Assembly (NCBI GenBank): GCA_042408785.1
Contig: JBHOQU010000110.1
Location: 2,691 to 66,690 of the forward strand
Direction: 5' to 3'
From: Dehalococcoidia bacterium
GTDB taxonomy: Bacteria > Chloroflexota > Dehalococcoidia > JAUQQI01
DNA length: 64,000 nt
Below are positions 45,601-54,527 of the stretch, piece after piece (within the stretch, counting starts at the first letter, position 1; the number at the start of each line of letters is the position of its first letter). The position numbers and the translations under genes were made by a program. The notes beneath the pieces were generated by a model, which had not been told where the DNA came from, made no database searches, and was given only the letters and a program-made list of their open reading frames with translations.

Positions 45601-47256
45601 ATGCGTGAGTTAAATCGGCGAGAGTTCCTGGTCGGGATGACCGGTACCGGCCTGGCGGTGGTCCTGGCGGCCTGCGCCCCCACCCAGCAGCCAGCCCAGC
45701 CTTCGCAGCCGGCCGGCGGCCTGGCCCAGGAACAGGTCATCCGCATCCCCCTTACCGAACCGCCAACTCTGGACCCCGGCCTGGCAACGGATACCGTCTC
45801 CCTTGACGTGATCGTTCAGCTCTTTGACGGGCTGGTCGGCTTCGATGATGCCGGCAACATCTTCGGCGTCCACGCTGAGAAGTGGGACGTCTCCTCCGAC
45901 GGGATCACCTACACGTTCTACCTCAGGCCCGGCATCAAGTGGTCCAACGGCCGACCCATCACCGCCCAGGACTACGAGTGGGCCTGGAAGCGCAACATCG
46001 ACCCGAAGACGGCCTCCGATTACGCCACCACCCTCTTCCCCATCAAGAACGCCCAGGCCATCCACGAGGGCAAGGCCGACCCCCAGACCCTTGGGGTTCG
46101 GGCCCGGGACGACCGGACCCTGGAGGTGACCCTCGAGGCCCCGGCGGCCTATTTCCTGCGGCTGGCCTCCACCTGGACGATGTTCCCCCTGCCCCGGGAG
46201 GCTATCGAAAAATACGGGGACAAGTGGACCGAGGCGGGCAACATCATCACCAACGGCTCCTTCAAGATGGCCTCCTGGCGGCACCAGCAAGAGATCGTCC
46301 TGGAGCGTAACGAGGACTACTGGGGCAAGAAGCCGACCCTTCAGCGGGCGATTTACCGGATCTTCCCCGAGGGGGCCGAGGAGCAGGTCCTGGCCGCCTA
46401 TGAGAATGACGAACTCGACGTGGCCCGGGGCATACCGCCGGCCCAGGTGGACCGAATCCTAAATGACCCCAAATTTAAGGACCAGATCAAAATCTTCGAC
46501 CAGTCGGGGACGATGTTTATCGCCGTCAACAACCGGCGGCCCCATCTGAGGGACCCGCGGGTTCGCAAGGCCCTAGGGATGACCCTGGAACGGCAGGTGC
46601 TCATCGACCGGGTGCTGAAGGTGGTGGCCAAGCCGGCCTACTCCCTCCAGCCGCCCGGGATTATGGGCCGCAACCCGGACATCTGGCCGAAGGAGGACGT
46701 CGAGGCGGCCCGGCGGCTCATGGCCGACGCCGGCTACCCGAACGGCCAGGGTTTCCCAGAGATCACCTTTGCCTACAATACGTCGGCGGCCTGGAAGGCG
46801 CTGGGCGAATACCTCCAGCAGCGCTGGCAGCAGACCCTGGGCATCAAGGTCAAGCTCCAGGAGATGGAGTGGCGGGTGTTCCTGCAGTGGCGCCGGACGC
46901 CCGAGGCCAGCCAGACCTACGACGTTTACCGGGGCGGCTGGCTTTCGGACTATGAGGACCCGAACAACTGGTACAACGTCCTGTGGGACTCGGCTGAGGA
47001 CCCCGGTATGTTCAACCTGGGCTGGAAGAACCCCGAGTACGACCGGATCGTCCGGCAGGCCCGGGCCGAGCTGGACCAGCAGAAGCGGGCCCAGCTTTAC
47101 GCCCAAGCCGAAAAGATCCTGGCCGACGAATACCCGGCCATCCCGGTCTACCATTACGGGGCCCGGCACCTGGTAAAACCGTGGGTCAAGAACTGGACCA
47201 TCTCCCGGATCCTGGGCTTTGCACCCCTCCGGGACGTCCAGATCCTGGCCCGCTGA
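45601..47256 (+). CDS. peptide/nickel ABC transporter substrate-binding lipoprotein (SBP family 5, OppA/DppA-like)
   Basis: RBS AAAGGAG; lipobox VLAAC; 551 aa. Confidence 0.85.
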   Translation: MRELNRREFLVGMTGTGLAVVLAACAPTQQPAQPSQPAGGLAQEQVIRIPLTEPPTLDPGLATDTVSLDVIVQLFDGLVGFDDAGNIFGVHAEKWDVSSDGITYTFYLRPGIKWSNGRPITAQDYEWAWKRNIDPKTASDYATTLFPIKNAQAIHEGKADPQTLGVRARDDRTLEVTLEAPAAYFLRLASTWTMFPLPREAIEKYGDKWTEAGNIITNGSFKMASWRHQQEIVLERNEDYWGKKPTLQRAIYRIFPEGAEEQVLAAYENDELDVARGIPPAQVDRILNDPKFKDQIKIFDQSGTMFIAVNNRRPHLRDPRVRKALGMTLERQVLIDRVLKVVAKPAYSLQPPGIMGRNPDIWPKEDVEAARRLMADAGYPNGQGFPEITFAYNTSAAWKALGEYLQQRWQQTLGIKVKLQEMEWRVFLQWRRTPEASQTYDVYRGGWLSDYEDPNNWYNVLWDSAEDPGMFNLGWKNPEYDRIVRQARAELDQQKRAQLYAQAEKILADEYPAIPVYHYGARHLVKPWVKNWTISRILGFAPLRDVQILAR

Positions 47257-47263
47257 CCGACCC

Positions 47264-47295
47264 GGGGCGGATGGGCTAAAAAGCCCATCCGCCCC
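47264..47295 (+). other. intercistronic 13-bp perfect hairpin GGGGCGGATGGGC-taaaaa-GCCCATCCGCCCC
   Basis: 8 nt after the oppA-like stop; no U-run. Confidence 0.5.
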
Positions 47296-47325
47296 CCCAA
47301 TCCTTTCGGAGGGCGCAGGTCGGAA

Positions 47326-48249
47326 GTGTGGAAGTATGCGCTTAGAAGGGTTTTGCTCTTAATCCCGACCCTGCTTGCCGTCTACACCCTGGTTTTCATC
47401 CTCTTCCACCTCACCCCGGGCGGACCCTGGGATAAAGAGCGGCCGGTTCCCGAGTCGGTCCAGGAGTATCTAAACGCCAAGTACGGGCTGGATAAGCCCC
47501 TCTGGCAGCAGTACGTTGACTACCTGGTTGGGGTCGTCACCCGGTTCGACCTGGGGCCGTCCTATAAATACACCCACCTAACCGTCCGGGATATCATCGG
47601 CCAGTTTTTCCCCAACTCCATCCAGGTCGGCCTCATCGCCATGGCCGTCGCCGTAACCCTGGGGATCACCCTGGGGGTCCTTTCGGCCATCAAGCAGAAC
47701 ACGTTCCTTGACTACGTGCTTATGTTTTTTGCCATCTTCGGGGCCACCGTTCCCACCTTTGTCATTGGGCCCCTCCTGGTCTGGCTGGTGATTTTAACGC
47801 TGGGGGTCGGGCTGCCCACCGGCGGCTGGGGCACCCCCAGGCACCTGTTGCTCCCGGTCATTACCCTGGCCCTCGGGCCCATGGCCGTCCTCGCCCGGTA
47901 CACCCGGTCGTCGATGCTGGAAGTTATCCGGGCCGACTACATCCGGACGGCCCGGGCGAAGGGCCTGCCGGAGGGGGTCGTCATCGTCCGCCACGCCCTC
48001 AAGAATGCGCTTATCCCGGTGATAACCGTGGCCGGGGTGATTCTGGCCGTGGTGATTACGGGCTCCTTTTACGTGGAGTTTATCTTTTCCATCCCAGGGA
48101 TCGGCCAGTACTTTGTAACCAGCGTCAGCAACCGGGACTACCCGGTCCTTATGGGTGTCTCACTGCTCTTTGCCACCGTTATCGCCGTGATGAATCTGAT
48201 CGTCGACCTGGCGTATGGGTTCCTCGACCCGAGGATCCGCTACCAGTAG
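47326..48249 (+). CDS. peptide ABC transporter permease (OppB/DppB-like)
   Basis: Six TM helices; BPD_transp_1 EAA motif region (IRTARAKGL). Confidence 0.85.
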   Translation: MWKYALRRVLLLIPTLLAVYTLVFILFHLTPGGPWDKERPVPESVQEYLNAKYGLDKPLWQQYVDYLVGVVTRFDLGPSYKYTHLTVRDIIGQFFPNSIQVGLIAMAVAVTLGITLGVLSAIKQNTFLDYVLMFFAIFGATVPTFVIGPLLVWLVILTLGVGLPTGGWGTPRHLLLPVITLALGPMAVLARYTRSSMLEVIRADYIRTARAKGLPEGVVIVRHALKNALIPVITVAGVILAVVITGSFYVEFIFSIPGIGQYFVTSVSNRDYPVLMGVSLLFATVIAVMNLIVDLAYGFLDPRIRYQ

Positions 48250-48276
48250 CCGGCCGGAACGGAGGTTGAAACGACC

Positions 48277-49251
48277 ATGACTGCCGAAACCCCATCCCGC
48301 CCCGGGATGGCCGCCCCGGAAGCGGTCCTGCCGGCCCGGGGGCCGACCAGCCTCTGGGCCGACGCCTGGCGTCGGCTCCTGCGCAACCGGGCGGCCGTAG
48401 TCGGCATGGCCTTCATCGGGTTCATGTTGCTGGTGGCCGTCTTCGCCGACCTTATCGCCCCATACCCCTACTGGCAGCAGGACATCACCAACCAGTTCCA
48501 GCCGCCCAGCTGGGAGCACCCCTTCGGAACGGACCACCTCGGCCGGGATGTTTTAAGCCGCCTGGTCTACGGGGCCCGGGTTTCCATGGCCGTCGGGTTT
48601 ATCGTCCAGGCCATCATCGTCCTTATCGGGGTGCCGGTGGGGGCCATTGCGGGCTACTTCGGGGGCAAAATCGACCAGCTCCTGATGCGCTTTGTGGACA
48701 TCATGTACTCGTTCCCTGACCTGCTTTTGATCATCATCGTGATGACTACCCTGCGGGCGGTCACCGGCCGGGAGAACGTAAGCAGCATACTTTGGCTGAT
48801 GACCCGGGCCGACGACCTCTTCGGCGGCCTCCTGGGGGTCTTCATTGCCCTGGGGCTCACCAGCTGGCTTACGGTGGCCCGGCTTGTCCGGGGCCAGATT
48901 CTCTCGCTGAAGGAGCGGGAGTTTGTCGAAGCCGCCCGGGCCGTGGGCGCCGGCCACTTCCGGATCATCCGGGCCCACCTGGTGCCCAATACCCTGGCCC
49001 CCATCATCGTGGCCGTAACCTTCGGGATCCCCAATGCCATCCTGGTCGAGGCGGCCTTAAGCTTCATCGGCCTGGGGGTCAAACCCCCGATGCCCTCGTG
49101 GGGGCTTATGATCCTGGACGGGTACCGGGCGATGCGGGCCTATCCCCACCTGCTCCTCTTTCCGGCCGCGGCCCTTTCCCTCACGGTCTTAAGCTACAAC
49201 TTCTTCGGCGACGGCCTGCGGGATGCCCTCGACCCCTGGATGAAGCAGTAG
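48277..49251 (+). CDS. peptide ABC transporter permease (OppC/DppC-like)
   Basis: OppC N-terminal region plus permease core (EAARAVGAG). Confidence 0.85.
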   Translation: MTAETPSRPGMAAPEAVLPARGPTSLWADAWRRLLRNRAAVVGMAFIGFMLLVAVFADLIAPYPYWQQDITNQFQPPSWEHPFGTDHLGRDVLSRLVYGARVSMAVGFIVQAIIVLIGVPVGAIAGYFGGKIDQLLMRFVDIMYSFPDLLLIIIVMTTLRAVTGRENVSSILWLMTRADDLFGGLLGVFIALGLTSWLTVARLVRGQILSLKEREFVEAARAVGAGHFRIIRAHLVPNTLAPIIVAVTFGIPNAILVEAALSFIGLGVKPPMPSWGLMILDGYRAMRAYPHLLLFPAAALSLTVLSYNFFGDGLRDALDPWMKQ

Positions 49252-49303
49252 GCTTGTTAAGGCCGTCCTGCCTGTGCCAAAATGGTGGCAGGGGGGACCT
49301 CCC

Positions 49304-50407
49304 ATGCGGATTCTGGCCGTTGACGTCGGGACCGGCACCCAGGACATCTTGCTGCTCGATTCCGAACAGCCCGTCGAAAACGCCGTCCAGCTCGTATTGC
49401 CGTCGCCGACGGTAATCGTCGCCGAGCGGATCCGGGAGGCGACCCGGGCCGGACGGCCGGTCTTCCTTACGGGCCGGATGATGGGCGGCGGCCCCTGCCA
49501 CTGGGCGGCCCTGGACCACATCCGGGCCGGCTTCCCCGTTTACGCCACCCCGCCGGCGGCCCAGACCTTCGACGACGACCTGGCCGCGGTGGAGCGGATG
49601 GGCGTCCGGCTCGTGGCCGGCGAGGCCGAGGTCCCCGAAGGGGCGGTGCGCATCGAGCTCCGGGACTTTTATTACCCGCAGATCCTGGCGGCCCTGCGCC
49701 TCTTTGGGGTCGAAGGCGAGCCCGATGCGGTGGCCGTGGCCGTTTTCGACCACGGGGCCGCCCCGCCCGGCTACAGCGACCGCCGCTTTCGGTTTGAGTA
49801 CCTGGCCCGCAGGCTCCGGGAGGCCGGGAGCCTGAGCGGCTTCGCCTACCTCAAGCCCCACATCCCCGAGTTTCTCACCCGGCTCCGGGCCGTGGCCGAC
49901 TCCTTCGACGGCCCCCAGCCCCTCCTGGTGATGGATACCGGCCCGGCCGCCATCCTCGGCGCCCTGGAAGACGAGCGGGTGAGGACCCCTCCCGAGCGGC
50001 TGGTGGTGAACGTGGGGAATTTCCACACCCTGGCCTTTTACCTGCGGGACGGGGAGGTTCTGGGGCTCTTCGAGCACCACACCGGGGAGCTGGACCGGGA
50101 AAAGCTTGAGGCCTACCTGGAAAAGCTGGCGGCCGGGACGGTGACGAACGACGAGGTCTTTGCCGACATGGGCCACGGGGCCCTGGTTTTCGAGCCGCCC
50201 CGGCGCCGGGCCGGAGAGGTGCTGCTGGCCGTTACCGGACCCCGGCGGGGGCTGCTCAGGGGCTCGCCCCTTCGGCCCTATTTTGCCGTCCCCCACGGGG
50301 ATATGATGCTGGCCGGCTGCTTCGGCCTGGTCCGGGCCTTCGCCGACCACCATCTTCCGGTCCGGGAGGCCTGGGAGCGGGCGCTTAGACTGAGCGCCGT
50401 GGGCTGA
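49304..50407 (+). CDS. ASKHA-fold (actin/Hsp70/sugar-kinase superfamily) protein, DUF1786-like
   Basis: MRILAVDVGTGTQDILLLD phosphate-1 motif; second ADENOSINE-like motif VMDTGPAAILGA; ATG 49304 after GGGGGGA. Confidence 0.5.
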   Translation: MRILAVDVGTGTQDILLLDSEQPVENAVQLVLPSPTVIVAERIREATRAGRPVFLTGRMMGGGPCHWAALDHIRAGFPVYATPPAAQTFDDDLAAVERMGVRLVAGEAEVPEGAVRIELRDFYYPQILAALRLFGVEGEPDAVAVAVFDHGAAPPGYSDRRFRFEYLARRLREAGSLSGFAYLKPHIPEFLTRLRAVADSFDGPQPLLVMDTGPAAILGALEDERVRTPPERLVVNVGNFHTLAFYLRDGEVLGLFEHHTGELDREKLEAYLEKLAAGTVTNDEVFADMGHGALVFEPPRRRAGEVLLAVTGPRRGLLRGSPLRPYFAVPHGDMMLAGCFGLVRAFADHHLPVREAWERALRLSAVG

Positions 50408-50412
50408 AGGCC

Positions 50413-50901
50413 GTGAGGTCGGCCCTGAACCGCTACTCCTTGTTCTGGGCGGCCGGACTTATCGCCGGCATCGGGGTTTTTGCCAACCTGGTGGCCGGCC
50501 CGAGCCCGGCCCGGGTGCTGGTTCCGGCCGGGCTGCTCCTTCTGCTGGCCGCCTACTACCGGGTGATGCGGACCGGGCCCGGCCGAGTCACGGCCGCCGA
50601 AATCGAGGGCCGGCTCCGGTCCGGCCGGCCGACCCTGGTCGAGGTTTATTCGGATTACTGACTGATGTGCCTTACGGTGAAGCCCGTCGTCGACGGGCTC
50701 GAACGGGAGCTGGCCGGCCGGGCCCAGGTCTTGCGGGTGAACGTGGCCGAACCGGTCGGGCGGGAGCTTTTCTCCCGGTGGAACCTGGAAGTGGTGCCCA
50801 CGCTCCTAGTCTTCGACGGCGCCGGCCGGGAGGTCTACCGGGCCACCGGCTTCCCCGACCGGGGGGCGCTCTTGAGGGCCCTGAATGTTCAGTCCACGTG
50901 A
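50413..50901 (+). CDS. membrane-anchored thioredoxin-fold protein with in-frame TGA (50659..50661) at the first Cys of the CxxC motif; candidate selenoprotein (U-L-M-C)
   Basis: ORFs 50413..50661 and 50665..50901 share a frame and are separated only by TGA; joined product aligns to thioredoxin (VEVYSDY-U-LMC ~ FWAEW-C-GPC; VVPTLLVFDG ~ IPTLLLFKNG); hairpin 50682..50698 downstream. Confidence 0.5.
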
Positions 50902-50914
50902 GGAGGGCGACCAG

Positions 50915-51343
50915 ATGCCGAAACCCTTTCCCCACGAGACTCCCCAGCCGGACACCTTCGTCGGCCGCCTGGGAATCCGGGTTACCGGGAGGGGCGAGGG
51001 CTTTGCCCGGTGCGAGCTGGAGGTGGAGCCCTGGTTTCTCAACCACCGGAACGGGGTGGTCCACGGCGGGGTTATCTTCAGCCTGATGGACACGGGCACG
51101 GCCGCGGCCGTCCACACCGTTATGGACCCGGGTGAGGTCTGCTCGACCATCGAGCTCACGGCCACCTACCTGCGGGCCGTCCGGAGGGGGCGGCTGGTGT
51201 GCGAGTCCCGGGTTCTGCGCCGGGGCAACCGGGTCGTCTTCCTCGAGGCGGAGGTCTTTAACGACGGGGAGCTGGTGGCGAAGGGGCTCGGGACCTACTA
51301 TGTAACCCGGGAAAGAGGTCGAGAAGCTGCCGAAGTTCCGTGA
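50915..51343 (+). CDS. PaaI-family hotdog-fold thioesterase
   Basis: ATG after RBS GAGGAGGG; HRNGVVHGGVIFSLMDTG motif. Confidence 0.7.
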   Translation: MPKPFPHETPQPDTFVGRLGIRVTGRGEGFARCELEVEPWFLNHRNGVVHGGVIFSLMDTGTAAAVHTVMDPGEVCSTIELTATYLRAVRRGRLVCESRVLRRGNRVVFLEAEVFNDGELVAKGLGTYYVTRERGREAAEVP

Positions 51344-51995
51344 CCTCCCGGTCCCAGTACCGGCTTGAGCCGTAATCGGGCCGCTGGTGGGGCAGGCTCA
51401 CCCGGACGGCGAACATCCCTAGGGCCGCGGCCGCATCCAGCTCCCCGAAGCCGCCGTCGGCGACGAAGGCGGCCTCGGTGGGTCCGACCCCAAGCCCCTT
51501 TAAGGCGAGTTCAAAGATGGCCGGGTCCGGCTTGAGCAGGCCGACCTGGCAGGAGAGGACCACCGCATCAAACCGTTCCCGGAAGCCGAGCCGGTCGATG
51601 GGTTGGGCGGCGAGGGGCGAAACGTTACTCACCAGGCCCAGCCGGTAGCCCCGCCGGCGGAGGACGCTGAGAACCGTCCTCGCCCCGGGGTAGGGGCGCA
51701 CGGCCCGCCGTCGGGCCAGCTCTTCAAGCCCCGCCGCCCGGACCACCGCCCCGGGCGGGGCCTGCCGCCCCAGGTCGGCCAGAACCTGCCGGACCAGCTC
51801 CCCGGCCGACCGGAACTGCCCGGTCATGAAGGCGTCGATGCGCCGGCCCCAGGCTTCAAAGTAAACCTCCGGGGCCAGTCCCAGGATTTCGGCCGCCCGG
51901 CGCCTTAAGGGGTCGGCCTTCCAGGCGTCCAGGTAGGCCAGGGTATCGTAGAAGTCAAAAAGGACCGCCCGAATGGTTCGGCCGCCAGGGTTCAC
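51258..51995 (-). CDS. HAD-superfamily hydrolase (subfamily IA)
   Basis: Motif I VLFDFYDTL, motif II LVSN, motif III K...D; 86-nt convergent overlap with the PaaI gene. Confidence 0.7.
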   Translation of the reverse strand: MNPGGRTIRAVLFDFYDTLAYLDAWKADPLRRRAAEILGLAPEVYFEAWGRRIDAFMTGQFRSAGELVRQVLADLGRQAPPGAVVRAAGLEELARRRAVRPYPGARTVLSVLRRRGYRLGLVSNVSPLAAQPIDRLGFRERFDAVVLSCQVGLLKPDPAIFELALKGLGVGPTEAAFVADGGFGELDAAAALGMFAVRVSLPHQRPDYGSSRYWDREVTELRQLLDLFPGLHSRSRAPSPPAPRR

Positions 51996-53215
51996 AGGGG
52001 CAGCGGTTCGTCGGGTTTGACCACCGGCACCTCCACCGGCCCGGGACGGCCCGCAAGCAGGCCCGTCCCGGTATTTAAAATTACCACCCGGCTCCCGGGG
52101 GAAATAATCCCCTCATTCGAAAGCCGGTCCAGGGCGGCCACGGCCGCCGCCCCCTCGGAGCAGAGGCTGAGGCCCTCCACCGACGCCACCAGGCCGAGGG
52201 CCGCCCCGGCCTCCGCGTCGGTCACCCCCACCGCCCAGCCGCCACTTTCCCGGACGACCCGCAGGACGAGGAACCCGAAGGGAGGGTTAAAAACCCGAAG
52301 CTCCCCGAACGAGGCATCGCCATCCGCCCAGGGTCGGCAGTCTTCGGCCCCCTCGGCCAAGGCCCGAACCACCGGGGCGCAGTCGGCCGCCTGGACGGCC
52401 ATCAGCCTGGGCTTCCGGCCCGGGATCCACCCCATCCCCTCCATCTCCTGGAGGCCCTTCCAGAGGCCGACGATGTTCACCCCGCTTCCCACCGGGCAGA
52501 CCACCGCATCGGGCGGCCGCCAGTCCAGCTGTTCGTAAAGCTCATAGGCTAAGGTCTTTGCCCCTTCCAGCTGGTAAGGCTCTTTAAAGGCCGAGACGTT
52601 GAACCATCCGGCCGAGGTGGCTCCGAGCTGGTCGGCCAGGCGGCCGGCATCCCCAAGCCGGCCGGCCACGAGGACCACCCTGGCCCCAGGGGTAAGGGCG
52701 GCCCTGACCCAGGGCAGCGGGGCGTCGGCAGGCATAAGCACCGCCAGGCTCAGACCGGCCCGGGCGCAGTATGCCCCCCAGGCCGCCCCGGCGCTTCCGG
52801 CGGCGGCCAGAACCAGGCGCCGGATGCCCAGCTCCTTCGCCCGGGAGGCCCCCACCGCCGCCCCCCGGGCCTTAACCGTGCCGGCGGGCAGCCGCCCCTC
52901 ATCCTTGACGTAGAGCTCGGCCAGCCCCCATCTCTCCCGGAGGCGGTCCAGGCGGACCAGGGGTGTCCAGCCCTCCCCCAGCGTGACGACCCCGGCCGGG
53001 TCCTGAACCGGGAGAACTTCCCGGTAGCGCCAGAGGGAGGTGGGCCGACCGGCCAGGTCGGAGGGCCGGAAGCGCCGGCCGGCGGCCTCCAGGTCATAGC
53101 GGGCCATGAGGGGCCCACCGCAGCCCGGACAGAGTCCCGCCAGACGGTCAGGCGGGCATTCGGCGCCGCAGCGGCCGCACTGGAGCCCGTCCAGACACGA
53201 CCAGGTCAGGCTCAT
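51992..53215 (-). CDS. threonine synthase-like PLP-dependent enzyme with N-terminal zinc ribbon
   Basis: CGRCGAEC...CPGCGG ribbon; PLP-lysine region (TVKARGAA); Gly-rich PLP phosphate loop. Confidence 0.7.
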   Translation of the reverse strand: MSLTWSCLDGLQCGRCGAECPPDRLAGLCPGCGGPLMARYDLEAAGRRFRPSDLAGRPTSLWRYREVLPVQDPAGVVTLGEGWTPLVRLDRLRERWGLAELYVKDEGRLPAGTVKARGAAVGASRAKELGIRRLVLAAAGSAGAAWGAYCARAGLSLAVLMPADAPLPWVRAALTPGARVVLVAGRLGDAGRLADQLGATSAGWFNVSAFKEPYQLEGAKTLAYELYEQLDWRPPDAVVCPVGSGVNIVGLWKGLQEMEGMGWIPGRKPRLMAVQAADCAPVVRALAEGAEDCRPWADGDASFGELRVFNPPFGFLVLRVVRESGGWAVGVTDAEAGAALGLVASVEGLSLCSEGAAAVAALDRLSNEGIISPGSRVVILNTGTGLLAGRPGPVEVPVVKPDEPLPL

Positions 53216-54420
53216 TATCCCCCACCGCCGAGGTTGAGGGCCAGGCCGATGTAGCCGGCCAGGCCGTCCACCAGCTCCGCCAGCCCCACCCGCTCCTCAT
53301 AGGTGTGGGGCAGGGCATCGTCGCCGGGGGCAAACCCGAGGGCAACCGTTCCCACCCGGGCGAAGTGGCCGGCGTCGGTGGTGAACCGCCAGTAGTAGGG
53401 GGCGGCCCGGTCGGGGAAGAGGTCGGCCAGCACCTTGAGGGCCCGGCGGGCGTAGGGGTTATCGGCCGGGGTCTCGAAGTCGGGCATCTCATCGGGGAAG
53501 CTCACCTCGACGCCGGTGTAAGTCGTCTGCCGGACCTCGAGCAGTCGGACGCTTCCGGCGGCCCCGGGGTCGAGGCCCTGGGCGAGCAGTTCCTGCAGCC
53601 GGCCGATAACAACCTCGGCCCGCTCCCCCGGCACGTTCCGCCAGTCCACGAACAGGGTGGCCTCCCCGGGAATGACGTTGGTGCTTGCGGTGTCGGTGGT
53701 GTAGAGGGTGGGGGCGCAGGAGGAGGTGCCGAAGACCGGGTGGGAGGCTCGCTCCACCTCAGAAAGGCTTAAGATGAACCGGGCAAGGCTGAAGTGGGGG
53801 TTTACGGCCAGTTCGGGGGCAGAGGCGTGGGCCGACCGGCCCACCACCCGCACGGCCAGCTCGAGGCGGCCCCGGTGGCCCAGGGCCAGGCGGTTGCCCG
53901 AGGGCTCCCCGAAAACCCCGACTTCCGGCCGGAAGTTGGCGGCCAGGAACCTGCTCCCCGCACCCCCGATTTCTTCCATCACGACGGCCGCCACGTAGAG
54001 GTCCCCCGGCGGCCGGAGGCCGGCCCGCCTCAAGGCCCCGCCGACGTAAACCTGAGCGGCCAGGGCGGCCTTGGTGTCGCAGGCGCCCCGGCCCCACAGG
54101 TAGCCGTCGGCGATGACCCCGGCGAAGGGCGGATGGGGCCACCTTTCGGGATTGCCGGGGTCCACGTGGTCCATGTGGGCGTTGAGCATGACGGCGGGGC
54201 CGCCTTCGCCCCGGATCACTCCCAGGACGTTACCCACCCTGTCCCGCCAGACGTCGTCGTAGCCGAGGGCTTTGAGCTCGGCCTCCACCAGGTCGGCAAC
54301 CCGGCCCTCGTCGCCGGAGGGGCTGGGGGTCTGAACCAGGCGGCGGCAGAAGTCGATCACGGGCCCCTCCAGGCTGCGGGCCAGCCCCCGAATCTGGTCC
54401 GGGGTGAGGATCTGTGCCAT
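53215..54420 (-). CDS. M20-family metallopeptidase / deacylase (ArgE/DapE/YgeY-like)
   Basis: HMDHVDPG and GRGACDTKAA metal-binding motifs; about 400 aa. Confidence 0.75.
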   Translation of the reverse strand: MAQILTPDQIRGLARSLEGPVIDFCRRLVQTPSPSGDEGRVADLVEAELKALGYDDVWRDRVGNVLGVIRGEGGPAVMLNAHMDHVDPGNPERWPHPPFAGVIADGYLWGRGACDTKAALAAQVYVGGALRRAGLRPPGDLYVAAVVMEEIGGAGSRFLAANFRPEVGVFGEPSGNRLALGHRGRLELAVRVVGRSAHASAPELAVNPHFSLARFILSLSEVERASHPVFGTSSCAPTLYTTDTASTNVIPGEATLFVDWRNVPGERAEVVIGRLQELLAQGLDPGAAGSVRLLEVRQTTYTGVEVSFPDEMPDFETPADNPYARRALKVLADLFPDRAAPYYWRFTTDAGHFARVGTVALGFAPGDDALPHTYEERVGLAELVDGLAGYIGLALNLGGGG

Positions 54421-54527
54421 GCTGGGCGCCCTCCGGTTTTTTGGGGAAGTCCCCAGCCATTATGGGGGCCGGGTCGGCGGCCTGTCAAACCAGCCGACTC
54501 TTCAGCCCAAGAGGGCCCCCGGTCCCG

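Noticed and set aside
45390-45608. 72-aa ORF (45390..45608 +) in the oppA leader
   Set aside because: It overlaps the predicted promoter and leader, has no RBS and an Arg-rich product. The region is better explained as a regulatory leader.
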